A DNA stretch of 64,000 nt from Syntrophales bacterium (GCA_040767195.1 JAXGPA010000004.1:32001-96000), one strand, 5' to 3'. Shown: positions 48,867-61,095, counted from the first letter of the stretch. Translations and numbers: made by a program. Notes: generated from the letters alone by a model not told the origin.

Positions 48867-49259
48867 TCAAAAGACACGGTTCCCGAAAATCGGAAAACGT
48901 TGAGGAATGAAGCAGGGGGGAAAGAAAAAGGAAGAAACGCGAAGAGAAAGCGGCATGAACAAGGACGAGCGTTTTTTTCTCCCCCAAAGCGAAAAAGAGG
49001 AACCGGACACGGAAAGCAAAGGCGCCGAAGGGCCGGATCGGAAAAAAGAAAACCTGAGCGAACTTTTTTTCCTGTCCGACATCCCCTTGAATGAGTAAAG
49101 AGCTGGAAACTCCAACAAATTGCCTAACGGTGGGTGGTTTTATGTTCCCTCCTTTCCACCCACCGGCCCCCTTTTTCGGTAATCTGTGGGGGGAGGTGGT
49201 AAACCTCTTCACAGTCCCTATAGAAAGACGGTGACAGCGACCCTGTCACCGTTTTTTTT
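48867..49259 (+). ncRNA. Putative sigma54-dependent structured RNA (may also encode a 47-63 aa peptide ending at 49098)
   Basis: Lies between a sigma54 promoter and a terminator; several hairpins, including a 10-bp stem with a CCUCCUUU loop. Confidence 0.5.
49228..49259 (+). terminator. Rho-independent terminator of the sigma54 transcript
   Basis: ACGGTGACAG-CGACC-CTGTCACCGT followed by T7. Confidence 0.85.
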
Positions 49260-49383
49260 GCCCCTATCCTCCCGGAAGCCGCACGACCGGATCTCGCTTA
49301 ACGGGACGTCCCGGGAAAAGGATATCCCGGGACAGAGACGCCAGGCGAAAACGGTGTAAGAGGCCCCGCGGCACTCGGGATCC

Positions 49384-50478
49384 TTACACGTTGAAGCGGA
49401 AATAGACGATGTCCCCGTCACAGATGGCGTAATCCCGCCCCTCGGACCGGACAAGGCCTTTTTCACGGGCCGCCGCCAGGCTCCCCGAAGACCGAAAAAC
49501 ATCGAAACCGACCACCTCGGCCCGGATGAAGCCTTTTTCCATGTCCGTGTGGATTTTACCCGCCGCCTCGGGGGCCTTCGTCCCGTGACGGACCGTCCAG
49601 GCCCGAAGCTCGGGCCCCGCCGTGGTGTAGAAGGTGATGAGGTCCAGAAGCCGGTAGCCGGCGTGCACCAGGTGTTCCAGGCCCGATTCCGTCAGTCCCA
49701 GGTCGGCCAGGAATTCCGACCGCTCCGCCTCATCGAGAAGCACGATTTCCGATTCCAGGTCCCCGCAGATGGGAATCACCTCTGACCCTTCCCGCTTTGC
49801 GATCTCGTCCAGGCTTTCGATGTATCCCCTGTCACCCTTCAGAACCTCCTCGCTCACATTGGCCACGTAAAGCACTTTCTTGTCCGTGAGAAGGTGCAGC
49901 TCTTCGAGCATGTCACGGTCGCCGGGATCGACGTCCAGGTTGCGGACCGGCGTCCCTTTCGCCAGGGCCTCACGAATGCCTTCGCAAAAAGCCAGTTCCC
50001 GCTGCTTCCCCCGGTCGCCCGCCTTGGCCTGCCGGTGAATCCTCTCCAACCGCCGCTCCACCGTCTCCAGGTCGGCCAGGACGAGTTCCATGTTGACGAT
50101 TTCCACGTCCCGGACGGGGTCCACGGGTCCGTAAACGTGAACCACGTCGGGGCTGTCAAAGCACCGGACGATGTGAACGACCGCCTCGACGTCCCGGATG
50201 TGCCCGAGAAACTTGTTTCCCAGTCCCTCGCCGCGGCTCGCGCCGCGGACGAGCCCGGCGATGTCGAGAAACTGCATCACCGTCGGGGTCGTTTTCGGCG
50301 GCTTCAGAACGGATGAGATGTAATCGAGTCTTTTGTCCGGGACACGGACGACCCCCACGTTGGGGTCGATGGTGCAGAAGGGATAGTTCGCACACTCGGC
50401 CCCCGCGGCGGTCAGGGCATTGAAAATGGTCGATTTTCCCACGTTGGGCAGGCCGATGATGCCGCATCGAAACCCCAC
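49384..50478 (-). CDS. ychF: Redox-regulated ATPase YchF
   Basis: GIIGLPNVGKST, ANYPFCTIDPN, DIAGLVRGAS.GEGLGN, AAGKIHTD.EKGFIRAEV, FRFNV. Confidence 0.95.
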   Translation of the reverse strand: MGFRCGIIGLPNVGKSTIFNALTAAGAECANYPFCTIDPNVGVVRVPDKRLDYISSVLKPPKTTPTVMQFLDIAGLVRGASRGEGLGNKFLGHIRDVEAVVHIVRCFDSPDVVHVYGPVDPVRDVEIVNMELVLADLETVERRLERIHRQAKAGDRGKQRELAFCEGIREALAKGTPVRNLDVDPGDRDMLEELHLLTDKKVLYVANVSEEVLKGDRGYIESLDEIAKREGSEVIPICGDLESEIVLLDEAERSEFLADLGLTESGLEHLVHAGYRLLDLITFYTTAGPELRAWTVRHGTKAPEAAGKIHTDMEKGFIRAEVVGFDVFRSSGSLAAAREKGLVRSEGRDYAICDGDIVYFRFNV

Positions 50479-50651
50479 GGCTCTTCTCCTCTCTCAATCG
50501 TTGTGACGGCCGTGAAACCTGCCGGCCGGGCAACCGGGCATCCCCTCAAAAGGCCGGGGCCACCCGCCGCGCCGCGAAGGATCCCGCCAGCCGCTGAAGG
50601 ATACTAAAAACGGTTTCCCCTCGCCTGTCAAGCCCCGCGAAGACAGGGCCG

Positions 50652-50682
50652 AAAAAAAGGCGGCCCCTGGGGGCCGCCTTTT
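50652..50682 (-). terminator. Rho-independent terminator after hppA
   Basis: AAAAGGCGGCCC/GGGCCGCCTTTT hairpin with T7 on the minus strand. Confidence 0.8.
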
Positions 50683-50703
50683 CTGAAAAAGCTTTCAGTC
50701 CGT

Positions 50704-52758
<2,055 letters not shown>

Positions 52759-52781
52759 AACCTCCGCCTATACCTCCTTAC

Positions 52782-53360
52782 TTAATTTTTGTGTGACCTT
52801 ACGTTCACCCTGTTCATAGCCCGCTGAGGACCCGACGCCAGTACATCCTTCACAGCACCGGCCGCCCTTTCCGCCGCAGCCGCCGCGACAGGCATCTCGT
52901 CCTCAGAAAAACGCCGCAAAACATACCGTTCCACCGCCGTTCCATCCCCCGGCCGCCCGATCCCGATTCGAACCCGGATGAAATCGGCCCGGCCCGTCTC
53001 CCCGATGATCGACTCGATGCCCCGGTGGCCGGCGCTTCCGCCGCCCGCCTTGACCCGCACATCCCCGAGGGGAAGATCGATGTCATCGTGGACGACGATC
53101 ATCCGTCCTAAATCCAGCCGGTAGAAATTGGCAAACCGGACCACGGCGAACCCGCTCCGGTTCATGTACGTCTCCGGTTTCACGAGGAGAACATCCTTAC
53201 CGGAGAGAATTCCCCGGCCGATCCGGGCATCGAATTTTTTTTGAGAGAACGAAATGCCCTCCTCTTCAGAGAGGACATCCAGGGCCATGTACCCCATGTT
53301 GTGCCGTGTCCGGGCGTAACTCTCGCCGGGGTTGCCGAGACCGACTACCGCCCAGTCCAC
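52782..53360 (-). CDS. pth: Peptidyl-tRNA hydrolase
   Basis: GLGNPG, TRHNMG, KPETYMNRSG, VVHDDIDL, GGSAGHRG. Confidence 0.93.
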   Translation of the reverse strand: MDWAVVGLGNPGESYARTRHNMGYMALDVLSEEEGISFSQKKFDARIGRGILSGKDVLLVKPETYMNRSGFAVVRFANFYRLDLGRMIVVHDDIDLPLGDVRVKAGGGSAGHRGIESIIGETGRADFIRVRIGIGRPGDGTAVERYVLRRFSEDEMPVAAAAAERAAGAVKDVLASGPQRAMNRVNVRSHKN

Positions 53361-53419
53361 CGGGGCGCCGGTGTTTTCTTTCCTGCAAATCCAAGAAAGT
53401 ATTCTCGACTTGAGGTCAA

Positions 53420-54079
53420 TCAGCTTTCCTCACCCTCTGCCGGCGCCTCTTCCGCGGGACCGCCGGCCTCTTCCGCCTCTTCCCCGGCCCCCTCAAGTCC
53501 TGCCTGGGCGCTTGTCCGGGTCACGGCGATGTGGACGAGAACGACGTCTTCCGGATCCAGCACGCGAACCCCCTCGGGAAGCGGAACGTCGCCGACTCTC
53601 AGGGCATCTCCCACGTTCAGGGGGGCAATGTCCAGTTCCACCGATTCGGGGATCAGCCCGGGAAGCCCCGCGACCTTCAATTCCCGCTTGGGGTGCTGAA
53701 GATCCCCGCCGCTTTCCTGGCCGATGGCGCGCCCCTTGAGAATAACGGGGATTTCAATGGTCAGCTCACGGTCCATCCGGATCTCGTAAAAATCCGCATG
53801 GTCGAGACGTTTTTTCAGCGTATTGACCTGGACATCCTTGAGAACGGAGACTTTTTCCACGCTCCCGCCGTCACCCTGAAAGGACAGCTTCACAAAGACA
53901 CCCTCTTTTCTCTCTTTTTTCATGATGTCCAGGAGATCTTCGGTATCGACGGCAAGCATGATCGGTTCCTGCCCCGAACCGTAGAGGACGGCCGGGACGA
54001 AACCCCGGGCCCGCAGTCTCCGGGCAGGTCCTTTTTTCGACTCGTTTCGGACCTGGGCTTTCAATGTCACTGTTTCCAT
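53420..54079 (-). CDS. rplY: 50S ribosomal protein L25/Ctc
   Basis: ARRLR..G.VPAVLYG, HADF, acidic tail; conserved prs-rplY-pth order. Confidence 0.92.
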   Translation of the reverse strand: METVTLKAQVRNESKKGPARRLRARGFVPAVLYGSGQEPIMLAVDTEDLLDIMKKERKEGVFVKLSFQGDGGSVEKVSVLKDVQVNTLKKRLDHADFYEIRMDRELTIEIPVILKGRAIGQESGGDLQHPKRELKVAGLPGLIPESVELDIAPLNVGDALRVGDVPLPEGVRVLDPEDVVLVHIAVTRTSAQAGLEGAGEEAEEAGGPAEEAPAEGEES

Positions 54080-54093
54080 GAACCACTCCTATA

Positions 54094-55035
54094 TTATATA
54101 AAAAGTGAACTGACCGATTCGTTGTAGTAGATCCGCCGGATCGCCTCGCTGAGGAGGCCGGAAATCGTGAGGATCTTGATCCGATCGCAGGACCGGGCCT
54201 TTTCGTGAAGGGGAATCGTGTCCGTGGCGATGATTTCCGTCAGCCCCGAAGCCATGATCCGGTCGATGGCCGGTCCCGACAGGACCGGGTGGGTGCAGCA
54301 GGCGGACACCTCCACGGCACCGCTTTCCATGAGAGCCCCGGCGGCCTGGGTGACCGTCCCGGCCGTGTCGATCATGTCGTCGAGAATGATGGCCCGCCTG
54401 TCCCGGACGTCACCGATAACATTCATCACCTGGGACTCGTTGGGGGCGTCCCGGCGCTTGTCGATGATGGCCAGGGCCGCCCCGAGGCGCATGGCGAAAG
54501 CCCGTGCCCGGACGACGCCGCCCGTATCGGGGGATACGATCACGAGATTGTCCCGGTAATTTTTGCGGATGTAATCGATGAGCACCGCGGTGGCGTAAAG
54601 ATTGTCCACGGGAATGTTGAAAAAACCCTGGATCTGGCCGGCATGGAGGTCCATGGCCAGGATCCGGTTCGCCCCCGCCTGGGTCAGGAGATCGGCCACG
54701 AGCTTGGCCGTGATGGGCGCCCGGGGAGCGGCCTTCCGGTCCTGGCGGGCGTACCCGTAATAGGGGATCACCGCCGTGACGCGGTCCGCCGACGCCCGTT
54801 TCATGGCGTCGATCATGATGAGGAGCTCCATGAGGCTGCTGTTCACGGGGGGGCAGGTGGACTGGATGATGAACACATCCATCCCGCGAACGTTTTCATC
54901 AATTTCAACACGGGTTTCGCCGTCGCTGAAGGTGGTCACGTTCGCCTTTCCGAGGACGACGCCGAGACGTTCGCAGATTCTCCGGACGAGATCGATATTC
55001 GAATTGCCTGAAAAAATGCGCATTCGCTCGAGCAT
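54094..55035 (-). CDS. prs: Ribose-phosphate pyrophosphokinase
   Basis: FSDGE, PYYGYARQDRK, DLHAGQIQGFF, VSPDTGGV, DDMIDTAGT. Confidence 0.96.
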   Translation of the reverse strand: MLERMRIFSGNSNIDLVRRICERLGVVLGKANVTTFSDGETRVEIDENVRGMDVFIIQSTCPPVNSSLMELLIMIDAMKRASADRVTAVIPYYGYARQDRKAAPRAPITAKLVADLLTQAGANRILAMDLHAGQIQGFFNIPVDNLYATAVLIDYIRKNYRDNLVIVSPDTGGVVRARAFAMRLGAALAIIDKRRDAPNESQVMNVIGDVRDRRAIILDDMIDTAGTVTQAAGALMESGAVEVSACCTHPVLSGPAIDRIMASGLTEIIATDTIPLHEKARSCDRIKILTISGLLSEAIRRIYYNESVSSLFI

Positions 55036-55055
55036 GATTCACGCGCCTTGGATAT

Positions 55056-55130
55056 TGGCTGGGGCGGGAGGATTCGAACCTCCGAATGCAGGAACCAAAA
55101 TCCTGTGTCTTACCGCTTGACGACGCCCCA
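55056..55130 (-). tRNA. tRNA-Gln (TTG)
   Basis: TGGGGCG acceptor, anticodon arm CAGGA-TTTTGGT-TCCTG, GGTTCGAATCC T-arm, encoded CCA. Confidence 0.96.
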
Positions 55131-55159
55131 GTAATCACAGGATCCTTCCATGATCCGGG

Positions 55160-55996
55160 TTAAACCGTGCGGGTCCGCCAGACCGATCCTGAACACCGTT
55201 TTTTCAAAAAACCCGCCGCCTGGATGGCCGCTTCTTCCGTTTCAAAGACACCGAACACCGTCGGTCCGCTGCCGGACATGAGGGTTCCCGCGGCCCCCGA
55301 AGCTCTCAATTGTTCCTTGATTTCGGAAAGATCGGGGTGGAGCCGAAGCGTCACCGATTCAAGATCATTGGAAAGATTATCAACGACCCGGGGTACCGTA
55401 TCAAGTCGGGGGATCTTATATTGTATTCCTGGTTTTGTCAATCCCATTTTTAGGCCTTCGTAAACACTTCTCGTGGAGACCTCATACCCGGGATTGACGA
55501 GAACCAGCGGAAATGACGGGGTTTCCGCCTCTTCGAGACGCTCCCCGATGCCGAAAGCCCAGGCGGCCTTTCTCCCGGACAGAAAAAAGGGGACGTCGGC
55601 GCCGACCCGGGCGCCCAAAGCGGCCAGCTCACCGGGATCGAGGGGATTTCCGAGAAGTTCGTTCAGGACGAGAAGGGTCACCGCCCCGTTCGCGCTTCCC
55701 CCGCCGAGGCCGGCGGCCACGGGAATGCGCTTCCGGAGCGTCACCTTCACGTCCACCGACCTTCCCACCGTCGAAAAAAGGAGGGCGGCGGCCCGGATCA
55801 CGATGTTTCCCCCGTCTTCCGGAAGACCCGTCCCGGGACAGTGAAGGACGACCCCCCGACCCCCCGGTTCGAAGACCATCTCGTCGCACAGGTCTATTTT
55901 CCTCATGAGGGTGGCGATCTCGTGATACCCGTCGGGCCGGCGGCCCAGGACACGCAGGTGGAGATTGATTTTCCCGTGGGCGTTCCGAAGGATCAC
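55160..55996 (-). CDS. ispE: 4-diphosphocytidyl-2-C-methyl-D-erythritol kinase
   Basis: KINLHL, DGYHEI, PVAAGLGGGS, GADVPFF, NDLE, MSGSGPTVFG. Confidence 0.94.
   Translation of the reverse strand: MILRNAHGKINLHLRVLGRRPDGYHEIATLMRKIDLCDEMVFEPGGRGVVLHCPGTGLPEDGGNIVIRAAALLFSTVGRSVDVKVTLRKRIPVAAGLGGGSANGAVTLLVLNELLGNPLDPGELAALGARVGADVPFFLSGRKAAWAFGIGERLEEAETPSFPLVLVNPGYEVSTRSVYEGLKMGLTKPGIQYKIPRLDTVPRVVDNLSNDLESVTLRLHPDLSEIKEQLRASGAAGTLMSGSGPTVFGVFETEEAAIQAAGFLKKRCSGSVWRTRTV
55413..55441 (-). promoter_or_regulatory. sigma70 promoter embedded in ispE, upstream of tRNA-Gln-prs
   Basis: TTGACA-N17-TAAGAT in a locally AT-rich stretch of the coding sequence. Confidence 0.65.
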
Positions 55997-56457
55997 GAGC
56001 GGCCGCTTTCCTTCACGAAACGCATCCGGAGCTCGAAAAGGACGCTGTCCAGGAGGTGACGCTCATTCTCCGACAGGTTCCCCGCCGTTTTTTCCTTCAG
56101 CATGGCGAGGATGTCGATGGTCTGTTTCGCCGCCCCGATGTTCTTTTCCGTCTCCCCCGAGGCGGGGTCCTGGAAATCCCCGAAATGAAAAAGGGCCGAC
56201 GTGTGAAGGGAAAGGACGAAATAGGAAAAATTCACCTCCGGATAGGCATATTCCTTTTGCGCCTCCTTCGGCTTTTCCCCGTCCGGTTTTCCCGCCTTTT
56301 CCTTCTTCGGTTCCTCTCTACCTGGCGTCTCTTCCTTCTCCTCCCCGCCGCCTGCCGCCGTTTTTTCCTCCGCCGGCCGCGATTCCCCCGTTTCGGAGAA
56401 AAACCGACGGTCTTTCACGGAAAACCCCTTGTCTTCCTCTTTTTCCGCCATATCCAT
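55993..56457 (-). CDS. DUF1844-family protein
   Basis: GFSVKDRRFF, EVNF..FVLSL, AKQTIDILAMLKEKTAGNL, ELRMRFV. Confidence 0.85.
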   Translation of the reverse strand: MDMAEKEEDKGFSVKDRRFFSETGESRPAEEKTAAGGGEEKEETPGREEPKKEKAGKPDGEKPKEAQKEYAYPEVNFSYFVLSLHTSALFHFGDFQDPASGETEKNIGAAKQTIDILAMLKEKTAGNLSENERHLLDSVLFELRMRFVKESGRS

Positions 56458-56496
56458 CTCCTTTTTGTCTTTTTCAACCGGCTCTTTCCGGGACGC

Positions 56497-57342
56497 CTAC
56501 CGGGATCTCATGGCCCGTAACCGGGCAATCCGTTTTTCCATGGGCGGGTGCGTGCTGAAGAGGTTCATCATGGACCGGCCCGACAGGGGGTTCACGGTAA
56601 ACATGTGGGCTGTCGCGGGATTGGCCGCCATGGGCACGGTTTTCGAAGCCCGGGAAAGTTTTTCCAGGGCGCTGGCCAGGGCGTAGGGCTTGCCGGAAAC
56701 GGCGGCGCCGCCGTCATCGGCCAGGTATTCCCGGGAACGGGAAACGGCCATCTGGATGAGCATGGCCGCCAGGGGGGCCAGGATGGCCATGACCAGGAGA
56801 CCGAGCGGACCGCCGCCCTCCTCGCCATCCCGGCCGCCGGCGCCGAAAATGGCCGCCCACTTGGCCATGCTGGCGAGCATCATCACCGCCCCCGCCAGGG
56901 TCGCGGCGATGGAACCGATGAGAATGTCCCGGTTTTTGACATGGGTGAGCTCGTGACCCAAAACCCCTTCCAGCTCGTCCCGGTTCAGGATCCTGAGAAG
57001 GCCTTCCGTGACGGCCACCACGGCGTGGCGATAGTCCCGCCCCGTGGCGAAGGCGTTCGGCGTCTCGCTGGGAATGATGCAGACCCGGGGCATGGGAAGG
57101 CCCGCCCGAAGGGCCAGGTTTTTCACGATCCCGTAAAGTTCCGGGGCCTGGCTTTCCGAGACCTCCCGGCCCCGGTACATGGAAAGGACGATCCTGTCGG
57201 AAAACCAGTAGGACCCGAAATTCATGACCACGGCGAAGAGGAAGGCGATGACCATCCCCTGTTTGCCGCCGAAATAACCGCCGATGAGCATGAGGAGCCC
57301 CGTCAGGGCCCCGAGAAGAATCACCGTTCGCAGACGATTCAT
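56497..57342 (-). CDS. htpX: Zinc metalloprotease HtpX
   Basis: [13 protein letters not shown] (HExxH), [15 protein letters not shown]. Confidence 0.94.
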   Translation of the reverse strand: MNRLRTVILLGALTGLLMLIGGYFGGKQGMVIAFLFAVVMNFGSYWFSDRIVLSMYRGREVSESQAPELYGIVKNLALRAGLPMPRVCIIPSETPNAFATGRDYRHAVVAVTEGLLRILNRDELEGVLGHELTHVKNRDILIGSIAATLAGAVMMLASMAKWAAIFGAGGRDGEEGGGPLGLLVMAILAPLAAMLIQMAVSRSREYLADDGGAAVSGKPYALASALEKLSRASKTVPMAANPATAHMFTVNPLSGRSMMNLFSTHPPMEKRIARLRAMRSR

Positions 57343-57387
57343 TTTTACCTCCCGTTTATGTCAAGGGCATACCCGGCCTTTCCACGA

Positions 57388-59976
57388 TCAGGCCTTCGTG
57401 AACGACAGACCCTCCCCGTCGGCCCGATCCACGCGGATGCGGTCCCCTTCCTCGAAATCCCCTTCGAGAATCCGAAGGGCCAGCTCGTTTTCCAGGTACT
57501 TCTGGATGGAACGCCTGAGCGGCCTCGCCCCGTATACCGGACTGAAGCCTTCCCTGGCAAGATATTCTTTGGCCCCCTCGGTGAGCTCGATGGAAAGCCG
57601 CCGGTCGGCGAGCCGCTTGCGGAGATACCCCATCTGGATGTCCACGATCCTGTCGATGTCCTCCACGGTGAGGGCCCGAAACGTGATGATCTCGTCGATC
57701 CGGTTGAGGAACTCGGGCTTGAAGGTCGCCCGGAGGGCCTCGAAGGTCCGTTCTTTCCGCTCCTCCTCCGTCAGGGAGAGGTCCTGGATCCAGTGGCTCC
57801 CCACGTTGGACGTCATGATGGCGATGGTGTTCTTGAAGTCCACCGTCCGGCCGTGGCCGTCGGTGAGCCGGCCGTCGTCGAGAATCTGGAGAAGGACGTT
57901 GAAAACGTCCGGGTGGGCCTTCTCGATCTCGTCGAAGAGAATGACCGCGTAGGGACGCCGCCGGACCGCTTCCGTGAGGTAGCCCCCTTCCTCGTAGCCC
58001 ACGTAGCCGGGAGGGGCCCCGATGAGCCTGGAAACGGAGTGTTTTTCCATGAACTCGGACATGTCGACGCGCACCATGGCCTGCTCGTTGTCGAACATGA
58101 ATTCCGCCAGGGCCTTGGCGAGCTCCGTTTTCCCCACGCCGGTAGGCCCCATGAAAATGAACGACCCGATGGGCCGGTTGGGGTCCTGGAGACCGGAGCG
58201 GGCCCGCCTCAAGGCGTTGGACACCGACCGGATGGCCTCGTCCTGGCCGATGACCCGCTTCCGGAGACGGTCTTCCATGTGGATCAGCTTTTCCACCTCC
58301 GTCTCCATCATCCGGGACACGGGAATCCCCGTCCAGCTGGCGACGACTTCCGCCACGTCCTCCTCGTCCACCTCTTCCTTCAGCATCTTCCTGTCCGTGT
58401 GAATCTCTTCCAGGTGGCGGTACTTTTCCTCCAGCCCCCGGTTAAGCTCCACCATCCTGCCGTAGCGGATCTCGGCGGCCCTGGCCAGGTTGCCTTCCCG
58501 CTGGGCGTTCTGTTCCTCCGTTTTGAGTTCCTCGATCTTCTCCTTCGCCGCCTGGATCTCCCGGATGACCTCCTTTTCCCGGTTCCAGTGGTTTTTCATT
58601 TCCGCCGCCCGGCCTTGGAGCTCTTCCAGGTCCTTTTCCAGCTTGGTCAGCCGTTCCTTCGAGTTGCGGTCCGCCTCCCGGCGCAGGGACTCCCGCTCGA
58701 TCTGGAGCTGAACGATCCGCCGCTCCACCTCGTCGATCTCCGAGGGCAGGCTGTCCAGTTCGATGCGCAGCCTGGAGGCCGCCTCGTCAACGAGATCCAC
58801 GGCCTTGTCGGGGAGAAACCGGTCGGCGATGTAGCGGTGGGAGAGGGTCGCCGCGGCAATGAGAGCCCCGTCCTTGATCCGGACGCCGTGATGGACCTCG
58901 TAGCGCTCCTTGAGCCCCCGGAGAATCCCGATGGTGTCCTCCACCGTCGGTTCCTTCACGAGGACCGGCTGGAACCGCCGCTCCAGGGCGGCGTCCTTCT
59001 CGATGTACTTCCGGTATTCGTTCAGCGTTGTCGCCCCGACGCAGCGGAGCTCACCCCGGGCCAGGGCGGGCTTCAGCATGTTGGAGGCGTCCATGGACCC
59101 TTCCGCCGCCCCGGCGCCGACAACCGTGTGAAGCTCGTCGATGAAAAGGATGATCTCCCCCTGGGCGGCCGTCACTTCCTTGAGAACGGCCTTCAGGCGG
59201 TCTTCGAATTCCCCCCGGTACTTGGCCCCGGCAATGAGGGCCCCCATGTCGAGGGCCACCACCCGCTTTCTTTTCAGGCTCTCCGGGACGTCGCCGTTGA
59301 CGATCCGCTGGGCCAGCCCTTCCACGATGGCCGTCTTCCCGACGCCGGGCTCCCCGATGAGAACGGGGTTGTTCTTCGTCCTCCGGGAGAGAACCTGCAT
59401 CACCCGCCGGATCTCGTCGTGGCGGCCGATGACGGGGTCGAAGCTCCCCTTCCGGGCCAGCTCGTTGAGGTCCCGGGCATAACGCTTCAGGGCCTGGTAT
59501 TTCTCCTCCGGGTTCGGGTCGGTGATTCTCTGGTCGCCCCGGATCTCCACGAGAATGCGAAAAATCCGGTCTTTCGTGACGCCCGCCTTCTGGAGAATCT
59601 TCCCCGCCTGGCCTTCCTTGTCCTCCGAGGCGGCGAGAAGTACATGCTCCACGCTCACATACTCGTCGGTGAGACGGGCCGCCTCCTCGAAGGCCCGGTC
59701 CATGACGTTCTTCAGCCGGGGAGAGATATATTTCTGGGCGGCCCCGCCTCCGGAAACCCGGGGCAGACCCTGGAGAGCCCGCTCCAGGTCCTGCTCCACC
59801 TTGCGGGGGTCGGCCCCCAGCTTTTCAAGAATGTCCGTGATCACGCCTTCGGGCTGGCGGATCAGGGCGAGAAGCAGGTGCTCCAGGTCGACGGCCTGGT
59901 GCTGGTTCCGGTCGCTCAGCCCCTCGGCGTCCCGGAAAGCCTCCTGCAGTTTCAGCGTCAATTTGTCGAAACGCAT
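57388..59976 (-). CDS. clpB: Chaperone ClpB
   Basis: Two AAA+ modules ([16 protein letters not shown]), coiled-coil M domain, [13 protein letters not shown]. Confidence 0.96.
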   Translation of the reverse strand: MRFDKLTLKLQEAFRDAEGLSDRNQHQAVDLEHLLLALIRQPEGVITDILEKLGADPRKVEQDLERALQGLPRVSGGGAAQKYISPRLKNVMDRAFEEAARLTDEYVSVEHVLLAASEDKEGQAGKILQKAGVTKDRIFRILVEIRGDQRITDPNPEEKYQALKRYARDLNELARKGSFDPVIGRHDEIRRVMQVLSRRTKNNPVLIGEPGVGKTAIVEGLAQRIVNGDVPESLKRKRVVALDMGALIAGAKYRGEFEDRLKAVLKEVTAAQGEIILFIDELHTVVGAGAAEGSMDASNMLKPALARGELRCVGATTLNEYRKYIEKDAALERRFQPVLVKEPTVEDTIGILRGLKERYEVHHGVRIKDGALIAAATLSHRYIADRFLPDKAVDLVDEAASRLRIELDSLPSEIDEVERRIVQLQIERESLRREADRNSKERLTKLEKDLEELQGRAAEMKNHWNREKEVIREIQAAKEKIEELKTEEQNAQREGNLARAAEIRYGRMVELNRGLEEKYRHLEEIHTDRKMLKEEVDEEDVAEVVASWTGIPVSRMMETEVEKLIHMEDRLRKRVIGQDEAIRSVSNALRRARSGLQDPNRPIGSFIFMGPTGVGKTELAKALAEFMFDNEQAMVRVDMSEFMEKHSVSRLIGAPPGYVGYEEGGYLTEAVRRRPYAVILFDEIEKAHPDVFNVLLQILDDGRLTDGHGRTVDFKNTIAIMTSNVGSHWIQDLSLTEEERKERTFEALRATFKPEFLNRIDEIITFRALTVEDIDRIVDIQMGYLRKRLADRRLSIELTEGAKEYLAREGFSPVYGARPLRRSIQKYLENELALRILEGDFEEGDRIRVDRADGEGLSFTKA

Positions 59977-60006
59977 TGTTCCTCCTTGTATCCTTTCAGA
60001 AAACCG

Positions 60007-60879
60007 TCACTCCACGGCTTTTTCAATTTCAACGAATATTTTCCCGCCTTTGAACACTCTCACCGTTCCCGTGGACTCGGAAACGACGATGGCGATGGCT
60101 TTCGTCACACCGGTGATGCCCGCGGCGGCGATGTGCCGGCTTCCCAGGCCCTTGGGGAAATCCCGGCTCTCCAGGGCGGCGCTCAAGTGCCTTCCGGCGG
60201 TGAGCAGGACGCCGTCGTCCCGGATGATGAAGGCCCCGTCGATGGCGGAAAATTCCTTGATCGTTTCCCGGAGAGCGGGGTCGAGGATATTCCGGTCCTC
60301 TTCCCTGTATCCCTGGAAGGGGTTGATAATCATCTGTCTCGAAACGGCCAGGACCTTCTCGTGGTCGCCGAGAACAAAAATGGTTCCCACGGACCGCCCT
60401 TCCCGCCCCTGGGCGGCCAGTTCCAGGGCGATGTTGAGGACGGCCTCGAACACCTCGGGGTTGACGATCGAGGGAATGTCCAGAACGTCCGGGGACGTGA
60501 GGATCTCGAATTCCTTCCCCACGTCGAGAACGAACACGTTGTCCACGTAACCGAACTTTGGGACTCCCGTGAGGCACAGAAGCCGGTCCCCCTTGTCGAA
60601 GAGGCCCGCGGAAATTCCTTTCGTGACGGCGATCTTGATCTGGCTCATCCGGGTGACCTGGACGTCGGGAATCCGGATCACCTTGGAGATATGACCGAGA
60701 TTTTTCGGGATTTCCTGGCTGCCCCGGACGATGACGACGATCTCGCAGCAGTCGCACAGAACCATGTCGGACATCTCATGGGCCACGTCGCTCGACAGAA
60801 GGATCGCCCGGGCCTTGATTTCATCGGCGAACTGACAGGCGAAACTCATAATCATCTTGTTGATCTTGATCGATTCCAT
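60007..60879 (-). CDS. Diadenylate cyclase (DisA_N domain; DacZ-like architecture)
   Basis: ELAAQGREG..VGTIFVLGD, IDGAFII (DGA), GSRHIAAA (RH motif), VVSESTG; no TM segments seen. Confidence 0.85.
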   Translation of the reverse strand: MESIKINKMIMSFACQFADEIKARAILLSSDVAHEMSDMVLCDCCEIVVIVRGSQEIPKNLGHISKVIRIPDVQVTRMSQIKIAVTKGISAGLFDKGDRLLCLTGVPKFGYVDNVFVLDVGKEFEILTSPDVLDIPSIVNPEVFEAVLNIALELAAQGREGRSVGTIFVLGDHEKVLAVSRQMIINPFQGYREEDRNILDPALRETIKEFSAIDGAFIIRDDGVLLTAGRHLSAALESRDFPKGLGSRHIAAAGITGVTKAIAIVVSESTGTVRVFKGGKIFVEIEKAVE

Positions 60880-61066
60880 GGCCTCCTCTTCATGGTGTCT
60901 TTAAAGGGACCCCGACCGGGTCCTCATGGATTCGCGACAGGCCTGCACAAAAGCCGGCCTCCCGTTTCCCGCGAAGCCTCCCGAAACAGGCCGGTTTTTT
61001 GAATAACCGGAATTCGTCCGTCCCGGACTGCGTAAGAATCGAAAATGTTTTCCGTTTTCTGGTTTA

Positions 61067-61095
61067 ATATTAAGCACCGGACAGAACCCTGTCAA
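61067..61095 (-). promoter_or_regulatory. sigma70 promoter of the dac-clpB-htpX run
   Basis: TTGACA-N17-TAATAT on the minus strand. Confidence 0.65.

Noticed and set aside
55056..55130. Integrated element at tRNA-Gln
   Set aside because: Flanks are ispE and prs with short spacers; no integrase or duplicated tRNA 3' end
56548..61002. 1484-aa plus-strand ORF
   Set aside because: Antisense shadow of htpX, clpB and dac caused by high GC3; no motifs or RBS
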